A stretch of DNA of 64,000 nt from NCBI RefSeq assembly GCF_006345805.1, contig NC_043010.1:22506001-22570000 (forward strand), in the 5' to 3' direction. Shown here piece after piece: positions 11,165-24,138 of the stretch; within the stretch, counting starts at the first letter, position 1; each line of letters begins with the position of its first letter. The translations under genes and the position numbers were made by a program. The notes beneath the pieces were generated by a model that ran no database searches, was not told where the DNA came from, and saw nothing but the letters and a program-made list of their open reading frames with translations. The DNA is from Octopus sinensis. Taxonomy: Eukaryota.

Positions 11165-12775
11165 TCACTTACTCATTTCGAAAGTTTCTGTTTTTTCTTC
11201 TTCTTTTGTAATGTCTTTGAGGAGGTGTTTGAATAGTTTCTTTGATAAGTATTTTTGAAACCCCTCTACCGCATTTGGAAATATTGTGTTTGTGTTATGT
11301 GTACAATTCTTATGTGTTTCGGTGGTGTAGTGCGCGGATGATTATTTATCTTAAAGTCATCTTCACAGATGTTCGTGTTGGATGCAATGTATTCCATTAG
11401 TTTTTTATTGTCCGTGATGTTTTGATTGTCTAAGGGGATGCTGACCGGAGTTAAATATCTCCCTGCTTTACTTACTTGTTTGGTGGGCTTTTTTTAATCT
11501 TTTCCTTTTACCCCCCCCCCCCCGTGGCTATTTGCCATTCCGTCGAACTTTCGTCGTTGGACGAAGAGTCCGACGAATCAGAAGGGGGTAAAGGCACAGT
11601 ATTTGCGTTAATATGTATGTTTGTATGTTGTATGTTGGTGTTTTTGCGGTGTTTGTGTTGTGTGGTGTTAGGGGTAGAATTTGTCTTCTTGTCACTGTTT
11701 TCTGTTTTTTTGTTGTCGTTCTTGGTGCTGGTGTCGGTCTGCCTTTTGGTGTTGGTTTTGGTTTAGTATTTTTAATTGGTTGCGACGTCAACGGTGATTG
11801 TGTTGGTGCTGTTTCTTTTCTTGGTGATGTTGGGGTTTGTTTGCTGGTTTGTTGTTTTTCTTGGCATTGTTCCATAATTGAGTGTGGTGGTGTTGGTAAC
11901 AAAGGTTTTTTATTTGTTTTCTGATTTTTTCTTTCTTGTTTTTTCTGTCCCAGGACGCACTTCGCAAATAAGTGTTCTGGGCTGCCACAGTTGTAGCATC
12001 TTGGCTTTTTTCCCTTCTGCTACAACATATGGGCTTTGCCCATTTTCCAAATGAATGCTATTTGGTAGGTTCTCGATAGAGGACCCATCAATCTGAATGG
12101 TTACCTCTATTGTTTTACCACCCCAATTGTCATTTTTGAATACGGTGATTTCTAAAATATCTATCGTTTTTAAATGATAACATATCGCCGATGTTATCCA
12201 TTTATTAGATATCTCCGGTGGTACATTTTTTATTTTAATTTTACTGACTCTTTGGTTTCTGTAATAAGGAATCATCATTAGTTCATCGTTTTGTAAAGTT
12301 TCTGTCCAGTGGGCTTTTGCCACTTCCTGGTTAGGGAAGCGGACCACCACTGTATTAAACTGGTGACCCCAGTTTATGTATTCTTTTACTTTCATTATTT
12401 TTATAGCACATTTCTCTATTTCTGTTTTGATTATTTGTTCGTTTTGTTCTTTGTTTTTTTCTAATAATTCTATATATAATTGTTTTTTTTTTCTATTTCT
12501 TCCTGAATGTGTTGAGGTGTAAGTAATACCAAATCTTGTCCTGAGGTTGTGAAGAGTGATCTTGTCTCTATCAACTCTTCATTTGTGAACTTTAAAATTT
12601 CTATTTTCTGACGCAAGGTGTCAGCGAAATTCACAGTTCTATTCTGGCAGTTGCTGTCGTTGTGTGTTTTTGTTGTTGTTGTATCCGAAACATTCTTGGT
12701 CGTGGCTTTTTCTGGTACCTCAGTTTCTGCTATGTTAATATTATCTTCACTATTGGATGATATAATATTTATTTC
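11165..12775 (-). pseudogene. Tx1 ORF1 (RRM-like region plus gag-type zinc knuckle), frameshifted
   Basis: VVVRFP..KIKIKNVPPEIS region, then CYNCGSPEHLFAKC (CX2CX4HX4C) read after a +1 slip at ~12005, followed by a T/K/P-rich linker. Confidence 0.8.
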
Positions 12776-12811
12776 ATTTTTGTTGTTGTTTTTCTAGTTG
12801 TTGTTGTTGTT

Positions 12812-12822
12812 GATAGATAAAC

Positions 12823-12857
<35 letters not shown>

Positions 12858-12874
12858 TATATATATATATATAT

Positions 12875-12932
<58 letters not shown>
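12812..12932. repeat. (GATA)n/(GACA)n tract between Tx1 copies 1 and 2
   Basis: Read directly. Confidence 0.95.
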
Positions 12933-12933
<1 letters not shown>

Positions 12934-13941
12934 TGTTTCTTTATTAGCCACACAGAGTTGAACACAGAGGTGAAAAATTACAAAGTTGAGATTTTCTTTT
13001 GGGGGAGAAAAAAAAAGATAAGAAAAATAAAATAAAAAATAAAAAGGGGGTAGGTTTTCGATTAAAAGGGATCGTAAAAAGAGAGAGTAAAAAACGATCA
13101 ATAGGTATCGTGTATCACAGAAATGTCATGATGTAAAATGTAAAGGAGGAAGCAGATAAGGTTTATCCGTGGAAAGAAAAGCCTACGGAAAAGACCACGG
13201 TAACCTCGGTCAATAATATCACACGTTAACACATTTATTTGCAAGTAAGTAACTCTCTGTTTTAAATTGTTCCGGGTTCATAGGATTATGCTCAAGGTGG
13301 CTTTGTCATTCATACGTGCCTCCTTGCTACTTTCACCTATCTGTTTTTTTAAACATTCGCTAAACAAAACTTGCCTCTCTACTTTCACTTTCCTCTTCAA
13401 GTGATACTTGAAGAAGTTGATGAGAGATTGACCAGAGAAGAAGGTGTTTGTCTCTAAACCTTTTAGACGCGTCCACCAGTTACATTCTTTCGCCATAGCC
13501 ACAAGGATGATGAAAATAGTTCTTCCTTTTCGTTTGAAGAAAGGAGGCGTGACAATATTGACGATAGACTCGACTGATAAACCGACTTGTCCCACACGTG
13601 ACAGCAGTCGTTCGACATAAGCCCACAGGTCGGAGATTGTTGGACACTGCACGAGCGCGTGCAGAACGGTTTCATCGCTCTGACCGCATCTCGGGGAGGT
13701 CGGCCCCATGTTTCTCGAGCCGTGTCTGTAGAGCTTATCCCGAACGGGTAGCGCTTCTCAGTAGCACTGCCAGGCCAGGGATCTCTGGAAGTTGTCCATA
13801 GGTCCCCGCCTGAAAGTCGTCTCAAAAAGGCGGGTCATGTATTCCTCGTCGACGCCCAGGTTCGTCCCAAGATTGTCGTCGCCCCTCCCCTCCACTAATC
13901 CTCTATAGAACACCTTTGTTGTAATGAAGTCGCACAAGTTT
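12933..13941 (-). mobile_element. Tx1 copy 2, 5'-truncated (~1.0 kb)
   Basis: CCHC end of ORF2 (13278-13709) plus 3' UTR with AATAAA; both ends in GATA/GACA tracts. Confidence 0.92.
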
Positions 13942-13957
13942 AGACAGACAGACAGAC

Positions 13958-14048
<91 letters not shown>

Positions 14049-14085
14049 CAGACAGGTAGATAGATAGACAGACAGACAGAAAGAC

Positions 14086-14163
<78 letters not shown>

Positions 14164-14171
14164 ATAGATAT

Positions 14172-14212
<41 letters not shown>

Positions 14213-14225
14213 TAGATAGATAGAC

Positions 14226-14290
<65 letters not shown>
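13942..14290. repeat. (GATA)n/(GACA)n tract between Tx1 copies 2 and 3
   Basis: Read directly. Confidence 0.95.
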
Positions 14291-14291
<1 letters not shown>

Positions 14292-15552
14292 GTTTCTTTA
14301 TTGGCCACACAGGGCTGCACACAGATGGGACAAGTTACAAGGTAGAGCTTTTCTTTTGGGGGAGAAAAAAAAAGGCGGCGTAGGTTTTCGATCAAAAGGG
14401 ATCGTAAAAGGGAAAAAGAACAAAAAAGAAGAAAAGAAAAAAAGGAAAAGAAAAAAAAAGAAAAAAGGGAAAAGGAACAGAAGAAAAGAAAAATGAAAAA
14501 AGAAGAAAAAAGAGGAAAAAAGGGGAAGAGGAAAAAACGATCAATAGGGATCGTGTATCACAGTATCATGATGTATGGTGTAAAGGGGAAAGCAAGTAAG
14601 GTTTATCCGTGGGAAGAAAAGCCTACGAAAAAGACCACGGTAACATTGGTCAATATTGTTATATGTTACCACATTTGTTTGCAAGTGGGTAACCCTCTGT
14701 TTTCAATTTCTGGGTTCATAGGATTATGCTCAAGGTGGCTTTGTCATTCATACGTGTCATCCTTGCTACATTCACCCATCTTTTTTTAAAACGTTCGCTA
14801 GACAAAACTTGCCTCTCTACTTTCACTTTCCTTTTCAATTAGTACTTGAAGAAGTTGATGAGAGGTTGACCAGAGAGGTAAGTGTTTGTCTCCAATCCTT
14901 TCAGACGCGTCCACCAGATACATTCTTTCGCCATAGCCACAAGGATGATGAAAATGGCTCTTCCTTCTCGTTTGAAGGAAGGAGGCGTGACAATATTGAC
15001 GATAGACTCAGCTGATAAACCGACTCGTCCCACACGTGACAGCAGTTGTTCGACATAAGCCCACAGGTCGGAAATTGTTGGACACTGCACGAGTGCGTGC
15101 AGAACAGTTTCGTCGCTCTGGCCGCATCTCGGGGAGGTCGGCCCCGTGTTTCTCGAGCCGTGTCTGTAGATCTTATCCCGAACGGGTAGCGCTTCTCAGT
15201 AGCACTGCCAGGCCAAGGATCTCTAGAAGTTGTCCATGGGCTCTGGCCCGAAGGTCGTCCCGAACAGGGGGGTCAGGTATTCCTCGTCGACGTCCAGATT
15301 CGCCCCGAGCTCGTCGTCGTACATCCCCTCCACTAATCCCCTATAGAATGCTTTGGTTGTGATGGAGTCACTCAAGGTTGACCCAGGACGGCAGAGTTGC
15401 TTGAGAGCAACGCGACACTCGCGGTGCCATTCGCCCTTCCTCGGCCTCTTTTTGATCCACGATTGCAGTTCGGTCATGGGGACGAGCTGCGGGAAAGCGT
15501 GCCTCACAAACGGCGACCACACCTGTTCACCGTCGTCTACGAAGAGCCTGAG

Positions 15553-15553
<1 letters not shown>
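14291..15553 (-). mobile_element. Tx1 copy 3, 5'-truncated (~1.26 kb)
   Basis: WSPFVRHAFPQL..FGPEPMDNF and CCHC-region homology plus 3' UTR; both ends in (GATA)n. Confidence 0.92.
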
Positions 15554-15593
<40 letters not shown>

Positions 15594-15973
15594 TGTTTCT
15601 TTATTAGCCACACAGGGCTGCACACAGATAGAACAAATTACAAGGTAGAGCTTTTCTTTTGAAGGTTTAAAAAAAAAAAAAAAAGAAAGGGGGAGTTTCG
15701 ATCAAAAGGGATCGTAAAAGGAGAGAAAGAGGACAAAAAAAGGGGGGGTGAAAAACAAATGGGGGAGAAGAATAAAAAAAAAAATTTGATCAATAGGGAT
15801 CGTTATCACAGAAATGTCAATATGAAGTGTAAAGGGGAGGACAGGTGAGGTTTACCCGTGGAAAGAAAAGCCTACGGAAAAGACCACGGTAACCTCGGTC
15901 AATGGAGTCACATGTTATATTTCTTTTTTTTTTTTTTTGCAAATAAGCAACTCTCTGTTTTCAATTTCTGGGT

Positions 15974-18900
15974 TCATAGGATCATGCTCAAGGTGACTTC
16001 GTCATTCATACGTGCCATTCTTGCTACATTCACCCATCTTTTTTTAAAACATTCGCTAGACAAAACTTGCCTCTCTACTCTCACTTTCCTTTTCAAGTGG
16101 TACTTGAAGAAGTTGATGAGAGATTGACCAGAGAGGAAAGTGTTTGTCTCCAATCCTTTCAGACGCGTCCACCAGATACATTCTTTCGCCATAGCCACAA
16201 GGATGATGAAAATAGCTCTTCCTTCCCGTTTGAAGGAGGGAGGCGTGACAATATTAACGATAGACTCAGCTGATAAACCGACTCGTCCCACACGTGACAG
16301 CAGTTGTTCGACACAAGCCCACAGGTCGGAAATTGTTGGACACTGCACGAGTGCGTGCAGAACGGTTTCGTCGCTCTGACCGCATCTCGGGCAGGTCGGC
16401 CCGTGTTTTCTCGAGCCGTGTCTGTAGAGCTTATCCCGAACGGGTAGCGCTTCTCGGTAGCACTGCCAGGCCAGGGATCTCTGGAAGTTGTCCATGGCCC
16501 TGGCCCGAAAGTTGTCCTGAACAGGCGGGTCAGGTACTCCTCGTCGACGTCCAGGTTCGCCCCGAGCTCGTCGTCGTACCTCCCCTCCACTAATCCCCTA
16601 TAGAATGCTTTGGTTGTGTTGAAGTCACTCAAGGTCGACCCAGGACGGCAGAGTTGCTTGAGAGCAACGCGACACTCGCGGTGCCATTCGCCCTTCTTCG
16701 GCCTCTTTTTGATCCACGACTGCAGTTCGGTCATGGAGACGAGCTGCGGGAAAGCGTGCCTCACAAACGGCGACCACACCTGTTCACCGTCGTCTACATA
16801 GAGCCAGAGATGTCGCAGTCTCAGCGCGTGTCTGCGCATCATCAACCACGGCATGCCCAACCCTCCTTTTAACGGGTGTTGACAGCAAATGGATCGCCTG
16901 ACCATCGGGACGCATCCTTTCCACAAGAAGCGAAAGAGGATGCGTTGTAGTTTGGTGATGGTAGGGTCGGGACAAGGTACGACGGTCAGGCGGTAGTAGA
17001 TGACGGACGCGATGTACGTGTTCTCCACCTCCGCCCGACCTTTTAGGGACAGTTTCCTCTCGGCCCATTGCCGGGCGAGAGTGACCACCCTACTCGTTAT
17101 CTCGTTCCAGTTCTTCTCCACTTGGAGGTCCGGACCAAACCAGACCCCGAGCAACTCAACCGGGCCGTCGGTCCAGCGTCCCACGACGGAGGCGCTGGTG
17201 GACGGCATGTGCTTGCTTCTCCAGGTGCCTAGTCGCAAGCCCACTGACTTTTCCCGGTTGATTTTCGCTCCTGTCACCGCTTCGTAGTTTTTCAGTGTCT
17301 CGCCGACCTGCTCGATGTGCTCGAGGCTAGACACTATGACGGTGACGTCGTCCGCGTATGCAGACACGCTCGTCCCGCATCCCAGTTCTCGCGGGATGCC
17401 TCTCAAAGTTGCCAGCTTCCGCAATAATGGCTCGAGAGTCAATACGTATAGAAGCGACGAGAGGGGGCATCCCTGACGGACCGAACGTGCGATGTCGAAG
17501 GGTCTCGATAGATGTCCATTCACGCGAATTACCGAACGGATGCCTCTGTACAAAGCGGCTATCCAGCCGCGGAAGACGGGACCGAAGCCAGCCGCTCCGA
17601 GGACCGCCTCCAAGTATCGATGGTCCACCCTATCGAAAGCTTTCGATTGATCCAAATTGATCAGCGCCCCACCCATGCCAGGTTCGTTAACTACCCTGTC
17701 TATGATGTAGCGCATCAGATGGAGGTTGTCATGGATGGTCCGGCCTGGCACGGCGCATGTTTGCGCCCTGTCGACCAGTTTCTCGATGACAAGCGCCAAC
17801 CTCTTGGCTAGCACCTTGGCCAAAATTTTCAAGTCTGCATTAAGCAGAGTGATGGGCCTAAAGTTATCTATTACATTTCCCTTGTTTAGATCTTTCTTCA
17901 GCAGTGTTACGGCTCCTCGGCTCACAAAACCAGGAATGCTCCCGTTTTGCTGCCAGTTGCAGTACACCGCCGCCAAGAGATCTCCAAACAAGTCTGGCAT
18001 ACAATTGTAAAGCTCGTAGGGTAGACCATCCAAACCCGGTGATTTGTCCCCCGAGCATTCTGCCATCGCTTCCTGCACTTCCGCCGCCGTGATGGCACCT
18101 TCGCAGCACCCTGCCTTTCTTGTCGAGAGTCGTGGTAGGCTATGTAGGTAGGCACTGAAGTCCACCCTACGTTCTTCCCCTCCACTCGTTCCGAACAATC
18201 GGGCAAAATGCTGCTGAAATGCCTCACACATTTTACTTGGCTCGAGCAATTCGCGCCCCTGTTCATCTACCAGGGACCGAATGGTGGCTTTGTTTCCCTG
18301 TTGCGCCTCTGCCACCCGGGCCTCTCTCGCGGCTCCAACACCTTCGTTCCTTAGAGCACGCATCCTAGCTCTGACAGCACATCCTTCGTGTTTGGCGTTG
18401 AAGTGTTGGTCGAGGGCCAACCTCGCCGCCAAAACGTCGGATGCGATGCCGCTTCTAATTGCCTCTTCTAGCTTCTTAACTAGCTCACCCTCTACTCTAT
18501 TTCTATCTATGGCTAGTGCTTTGCTGTACCTAATCGCTTCTGCGTTTACTGCTCTCTTGAGGGCAAACCACCATTTGTTGTTGATGATGGCTCCCGTCAA
18601 AGCCCTCTTTACTAGTGTGCTAATCCGGTCTCTGAAAACCTGTCTCGATGGGAAAGACGCGTTTAGTTTCCAGTATCCGGGACCCTGCCTAAGTGTCTTA
18701 CCTAAGTCTAGCGTACATGTCACAAGTTTGTGATCCGTGTAGCTGACTATGTGGAATTGTGGACATCCTATGCTATCTCTGTCTACTGTCCTACACAGTA
18801 TCCTATCTAAATACGATCTCGACGACCCGATGCGGTTGCTCCATGTCCACGTTGGCGCATTCGGGTGGTCTAGTCGGAACCTGTCAGACAGTTGAAAGCG

Positions 18901-19410
18901 TCTGAGCAGGTCTCTGAGGCATTTGCATCCCCGTCTATTCCTATCTCTACCCACGTAGTCTACATGCGTGTCCAAGGTAGCATTCCAATCCCCCACTAAG
19001 AGTAAAGGATGAGACGTTCCCAAGAATACTTCTAGACGTTGAAAGAAATCCGCCCGACCTGTTAAGGGCGGTGCGTAAACTGATACGAGTCGAAAAGCGC
19101 ACCCATTGCTGCCGTCGACATCCAGGACGACCAGTCTACCCTCCGGGTCTACGAATATTGTCCTTACTTTGAGATCCAGACTCTTGTGAAAAAGTACCGC
19201 GGTCCCACTACCGCCCATTCTCGGCAGACAGGGGGAAAAATAAATGTTGAACTGTCCGCCAAACATGGTCTTTAGGGCCCGCGGATTGTGGAGTCTGGTC
19301 TCACTTATGGCTATGATTTCTAACTTATGTGACTTTATGTCATTTAAGAGGTACCCTTGTTTCCAAGGGGACCCCAAGCCACGCGCATTTACACAACCAA
19401 TCTTGATCAT
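15974..19410 (-). pseudogene. Tx1 ORF2 (APE + RT + CCHC), ~1145 aa with one 1-bp frameshift at ~16497
   Basis: The 1083-aa ORF 16159-19410 and the 173-aa ORF 15974-16495 join. Copy 3 reads GAG CCC ATG GAC where copy 4 reads GGG CC ATG GAC. All APE and RT motifs are present (YAP, GDWN, TDH, KSPGLDG, KAFD, QGCPLS, YADD, LLGV). Confidence 0.95.
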
Positions 19411-19429
19411 AGTCCTAATGAATTAGAAT

Positions 19430-20166
19430 ACAAGTGAAAGGAACAGAGGGTTACTTACTGCTCGAAAGTTTTTGCTTTCTCCTCCTTTGGTTTGTCCTCG
19501 AGGAGATCCCAGTACAGTTTCCTTGTGAGATATTTTTGGCATTTACCAACCGCGCTGGGGAAAATGCCTTTGAGTGTGTGGTGCAGACTTTTGGAGATGT
19601 GTAATATTTTGATGTTGTCTGGTGGTGTTGTGTATGGGTGATTGTTTGTTTTTATGTCATCTTCTGTTATGTTTGTTTTTGATTAGATGTATTCCATCAA
19701 ATTTGTGTTTTTGGTGTCTATAGCTGTGAGCATGTTTGCTGTATATATTTTTGTGGTGTTGGTGTGGCTGTTGTTTGCGTTGGGTTTTGAAATGTCTTCG
19801 TGAGATGTATTTCCCCTGCTTTGTTCGTGTTTGCATTTGGTTTGGTTGTGTTTCTGCTCTTTATTTTCCTTCTTTTTGTAGCTATTTGCCATTCCTCACT
19901 GGTTTCGTCTTCCGACGAAATTTCTGAGGAATCAGTAGGGGGTAGGGGTATGTTGTGGGCTTCTATGTATGTCTGTGTAAGTGGTTGTGTTGTTGTTTTC
20001 GTTGTTGCTGGTTGTTGAGTGTTTGTGTGTGTTGAGTGCGGTATAAGGGATGGGGGATCAGTTTGTTTGTGTTTTCTTTGTTTTTCTGTTCCTTTGGGTT
20101 TTGCTGTTGTTGGTGGTGTTGGTATTTTTTCAGGTGTTGAGTGGTTTTTGGTTGATGACGGATTAG
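19430..20166 (-). pseudogene. Tx1 ORF1 C-terminal half
   Basis: T/P/K-rich linker, SSEDETSEEWQIATKRRK, and NLMEYI..EDDIKTNNHPYTTPP, homologous to copy 1 (KLMEYIA..EDDFKINNHPRTTPP). Confidence 0.75.
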
Positions 20167-20167
20167 G

Positions 20168-20224
<57 letters not shown>

Positions 20225-20225
20225 T

Positions 20226-20293
<68 letters not shown>

Positions 20294-20665
20294 TCTCAGT
20301 GCTGAAAATCGCAATTATCAGTTCCGACGTATTGTCTTTCTTAGAGTTTTATATTACATTTCACATAAAATTTATTCGCCTGAAACGAGCCGAACTATTC
20401 AGAGATTCATTTATACAGACGGCAATATAATTTATTTACTATTAATTAACGCATGTTGTTGCGCGTTGCTATTTTTAATTAGTGCAAAAGGTTATCGAGG
20501 AGTACCTCTGGTGGTGACGCATTCAGCAGAATAAACGCTGCGATTGACTTTCCTGAATGTAACACGTTTGTGCTCACGTCAGCTGTTGCTGCTGCTGCTA
20601 CAACTGCTGCTGCTGCTATTGCTGCTGATGTTATAGTAATAATATTAGTGGTGGTAGTGGTAGCG

Positions 20666-20701
<36 letters not shown>

Positions 20702-20702
20702 A

Positions 20703-20743
<41 letters not shown>

Positions 20744-21347
20744 AATGTTATTGTTGTGGTTTTCCTTATTCGCCGCCTTCTCTTCTCAAATACTTCTTTC
20801 ACTCCTCCTCCTCCCTTCAATCTTTTAGCCTCAGATCAGGCTTCATACCAGCACATTGAGCGTTCTAACCGTGACCATCTAGTCATTGTTATTTCTCAAC
20901 TGATTAACTGCAGTGAACACGCACCTTTCATTTCTTTCTCTTTGTCAACTTTGCTTGACCGCAACTGACTCTCTAGCGTGCTAATACACACATAATCCTA
21001 CCCCCACACACACACACCGCTTCTCCTTGCTCCTTTCCACTTCTCTCCTTATTCTCTCTCCATCATTATTTCCTTGTACCTCATCAGCTACACGTCAGAC
21101 AAACCTACTCCTTATGGTTATACCCTCACCGTCGAATTCGCCATTTCTTTCTTTACAGTTATCTCCCCTCCTTAAATGGATTTAACCAGTTTCTTGCTCA
21201 CCTCTGGAAGTCTACAAAACTCTCCGTACTTTTCGCTAGTGTTGTGTAATTATTTACCACTTTCTTTGAATATTTGTTTCTTTTTGAAAATTTAATCTTT
21301 GAGTTCAAACCTTCCATCATTGTTCACTCTCACGTACGTTTGTTATA

Positions 21348-22080
21348 TGAGGTCTTATCAATACGTATCTGGACTGGTGCTATAAATCAAAAACGCAGCA
21401 AGTACCAATTTGACATCTAATCTCCTTCAAAGTAGCCCCTTTCGGAAGCCACATACTCAATCCAGCGCTGATTCTATTGATGGAAGCATTCCTGGAACTC
21501 GTTTTCTGGGATAATCAGCAGCTGTCTCGTCGCATTCATTTTGATTTTCTCGATGTCCTGAAATCTTCTTTTCAAACGAGATCTGATTTTTGGAAAAAGG
21601 AAGAAGTCGCAAGGGGCGTGATCTGGGGTATGCAATGTCTGTCGGACCTTGGCAGACATGCATCTCATACCCAAATCTTCAGCAAACCGTAACTAATCTG
21701 TACAGACTCTGGTAACGCATGCAAGGTGATTCAACCATTTCCTCTCACAGCTACATGCACAACTGCGACGTTTTGTTCAGTTCTGCTGGCTGCGTGTCTC
21801 CCAGAACTTTCATCACTATCGACATTTTTTCGGCCATCTTGGAAACGTCTGAACCACTCTTTCACTTGTGTGTAGCTCATACACTCCTCTCCATACACTT
21901 TCTGAGCAGGTATCGCCATGACAACTTTCTCTGCCATGGTCAATGCAACGATCACACGCTACATAGCTTCCTTCCAAGCGCTGCTCTAACAACAGAAGCG
22001 AGTGAGAACGTCAAAACTTCGTGCACTTGTACAGCAAAGGACAAGGTCAATCTGTGCCAAGCAGCTTCATTCTGCGTGCT
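21348..22080 (-). mobile_element. Internally deleted mariner (Tc1/mariner) remnant
   Basis: TA-flanked TIR-like TGAGGTCTTATCAATACGTATC at the left end; peptides KVYGEECMSYTQVKEWFRRFQDGR (HTH) and PDHAPCDFFLFPKI (YSPDLAP-type motif). Right end uncertain. Confidence 0.8.
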
Positions 22081-22153
22081 TTAGTTTTATATACATACAT
22101 ACACACATACATGCATACATACATACATACATACATACATACATACATACATG

Positions 22154-22185
<32 letters not shown>

Positions 22186-22287
22186 CATACATACAAACAT
22201 ACGTGTATGTACGTATGTATTGTGCATTATGTATGTATGTATCTAACTGTCTCTATCCATCTATCTATCTGTGTGTGTGTGTGTGTG

Positions 22288-22355
<68 letters not shown>

Positions 22356-22411
22356 AAGATAAATTAATATAGAGAGATATATCGGATTTCTTTTCCTCAG
22401 TCTCTTGCTTC

Positions 22412-22477
<66 letters not shown>

Positions 22478-23221
22478 ATTCCTTTTCCTCAGTTTGTTAC
22501 TTTATATATATATATATATATATCGGCCATGGAGTGCAGAATTTAGCTTGACCAGACACTAACAAAGCTAAGCGAATCGATATACATAAGCGCATACGGA
22601 CTCACATACTCACACACACGCTTGGACATACGACACCTTGCATACATATACATACAAACATACAGACATATAAGTATGTGTGTGTTTATTGCATGATAAG
22701 AAAGGAGGTAGCGAGCAGACGGAGTGTGTATGGATGGTTAGACAGTATAAACGACAGAGAAGATCAAAGGGTCCAGTTAAGTGCAGTTTCTAAGTCTGGT
22801 TATCCATATTATTTAAAGAAATCCATGGTATTAAATATTGAAAACGAAAGAGCTCTTCCTGCTCATCCACTCCACACGCATACTCGTACACATACACACA
22901 CACATATACACACATACACATACATACACACACATATATAGACACGCATGTACAGACAAGCATGCGACCTACATTGAACCGAGTCATAAAATTATATAAT
23001 AAATAGACTAACAGTGAATATAGATGTGTATGTATGTGTGTGTATGTGCATGTGAATGTATGCGTCTGTATATATATATGTGAGTACGTGTGATTGTGTG
23101 AGTTATTAATTAGTGTTAAAATTAATGTTGATTAACCCTTGGAACGCGGTAAGTGGTTTTACTCCGAGCCTTTGTGAGAACCTGTTTTCGCACATATTTC
23201 ATCAAATATGTCTTTACTGAA

Positions 23222-23625
23222 AGGCGGCGAGCTGGCAGAAGCGTTAGCACACCGGGCGAAATGCTTAGCGGTATTTCATCTGCCGTTACATTCTGAGTTC
23301 AAATTCCACCGAGGTCGACTTTGCCTTTCATCCTTTCGGGGTCGATAAATTATGTACCAGTTATGCACTGGGGTCGATATAATCGATTTAATCCGTGTTT
23401 GCCTGTCCTTGTTTGTACCCTCTGTGTGTAGCCCCTTGTGGGTTGTAAAGAAATAGGTATTTCATCTGCCGTTACGTTCTGAGTTCAAATTCCGCCGAGG
23501 TCGACTTTGCCTTTCATCCTTTCAGGGTCGATAAATTAAATGCCAGCTGCGTACTGGGGTCGATCTAATCGAGTGGCCCCCTCCCGAAACATTTCGGGCC
23601 TTGTGCTTAGAGTAGAAAAGAATAT
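23222..23625 (+). mobile_element. SINE family A, full copy with duplicated module
   Basis: GGCGGCGAGCTGGCAGAAGCGTTAGCAC head, GAGTTCAAATTCC twice. Confidence 0.9.
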
Positions 23626-23814
23626 ATCTTTACCGAGCAAGAATCAAATATTTTTAGTGGCATATATGAAAACCGTATTTCCTGGAGATATTGAAAATAT
23701 TTATCAGAAGCAGAAAATGACAATTCCATTGTGTGTGTGGGGGGGGGGGGTGAAATAATTTACATCATTACAAGAATGATCATGAAATTTAAGAACGCAG
23801 TCAGGGCAAAGTGT

Positions 23815-24138
23815 AAAGACGCCCTTTGGTCATGAATGACCATGGGACTCAACCTAGAAAGTTCCCCTCTAAGGCACAAGTCCAAGCAAGGTTGTTTATG
23901 TAAAGCCACCATTCGCCCATGCATACCAGGCTCCCCTTTTCACGCCATCGATTTTATCCAAAGGGGCCGATAGAGCTTGGCACTAGTGACGTTGCAGCCC
24001 ACTTCTACAGATGAGTGAACTGCACAACATGAAATAAAGTGTCTTGCTCAAGAACACAACACACAGCCAATCCGAGAGTCGAACTCAGTACCTCATGATT
24101 GTGAGCCCGACGTCTCTAACCACTGAGCCATGCGGCTT
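23815..24138 (-). mobile_element. SINE family D
   Basis: Reverse complement of tRNA-like head (GCATGGCTCAGTGGTTAGAG..GAGTTCGACTC) and GTGTTCTTGAGCAAGACACTT. Confidence 0.8.

Larger units (their letters stand above)
7617..12811 (-). mobile_element. Tx1/L1-clade LINE copy 1, apparently full length (~5.2 kb), degenerate
   Basis: ORF1 and ORF2 remnants; 5' end abuts (GATA)n at 12812; 3' UTR partly recognisable at 7620-7720. Confidence 0.9.
15592..20166 (-). mobile_element. Tx1 copy 4, truncated within ORF1, near-intact ORF2
   Basis: 3' end follows (GATA)n 15554-15591; 5' end abuts (GATA)n 20167-20292. Confidence 0.95.

Noticed and set aside
16294-18733. Plus-strand ORFs overlapping Tx1 ORF2
   Set aside because: Antisense shadows of a GC-rich coding sequence; no independent motifs.
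23222-24138. tRNA genes
   Set aside because: A/B-box-like heads continue into SINE bodies present in many copies; no complete cloverleaf.
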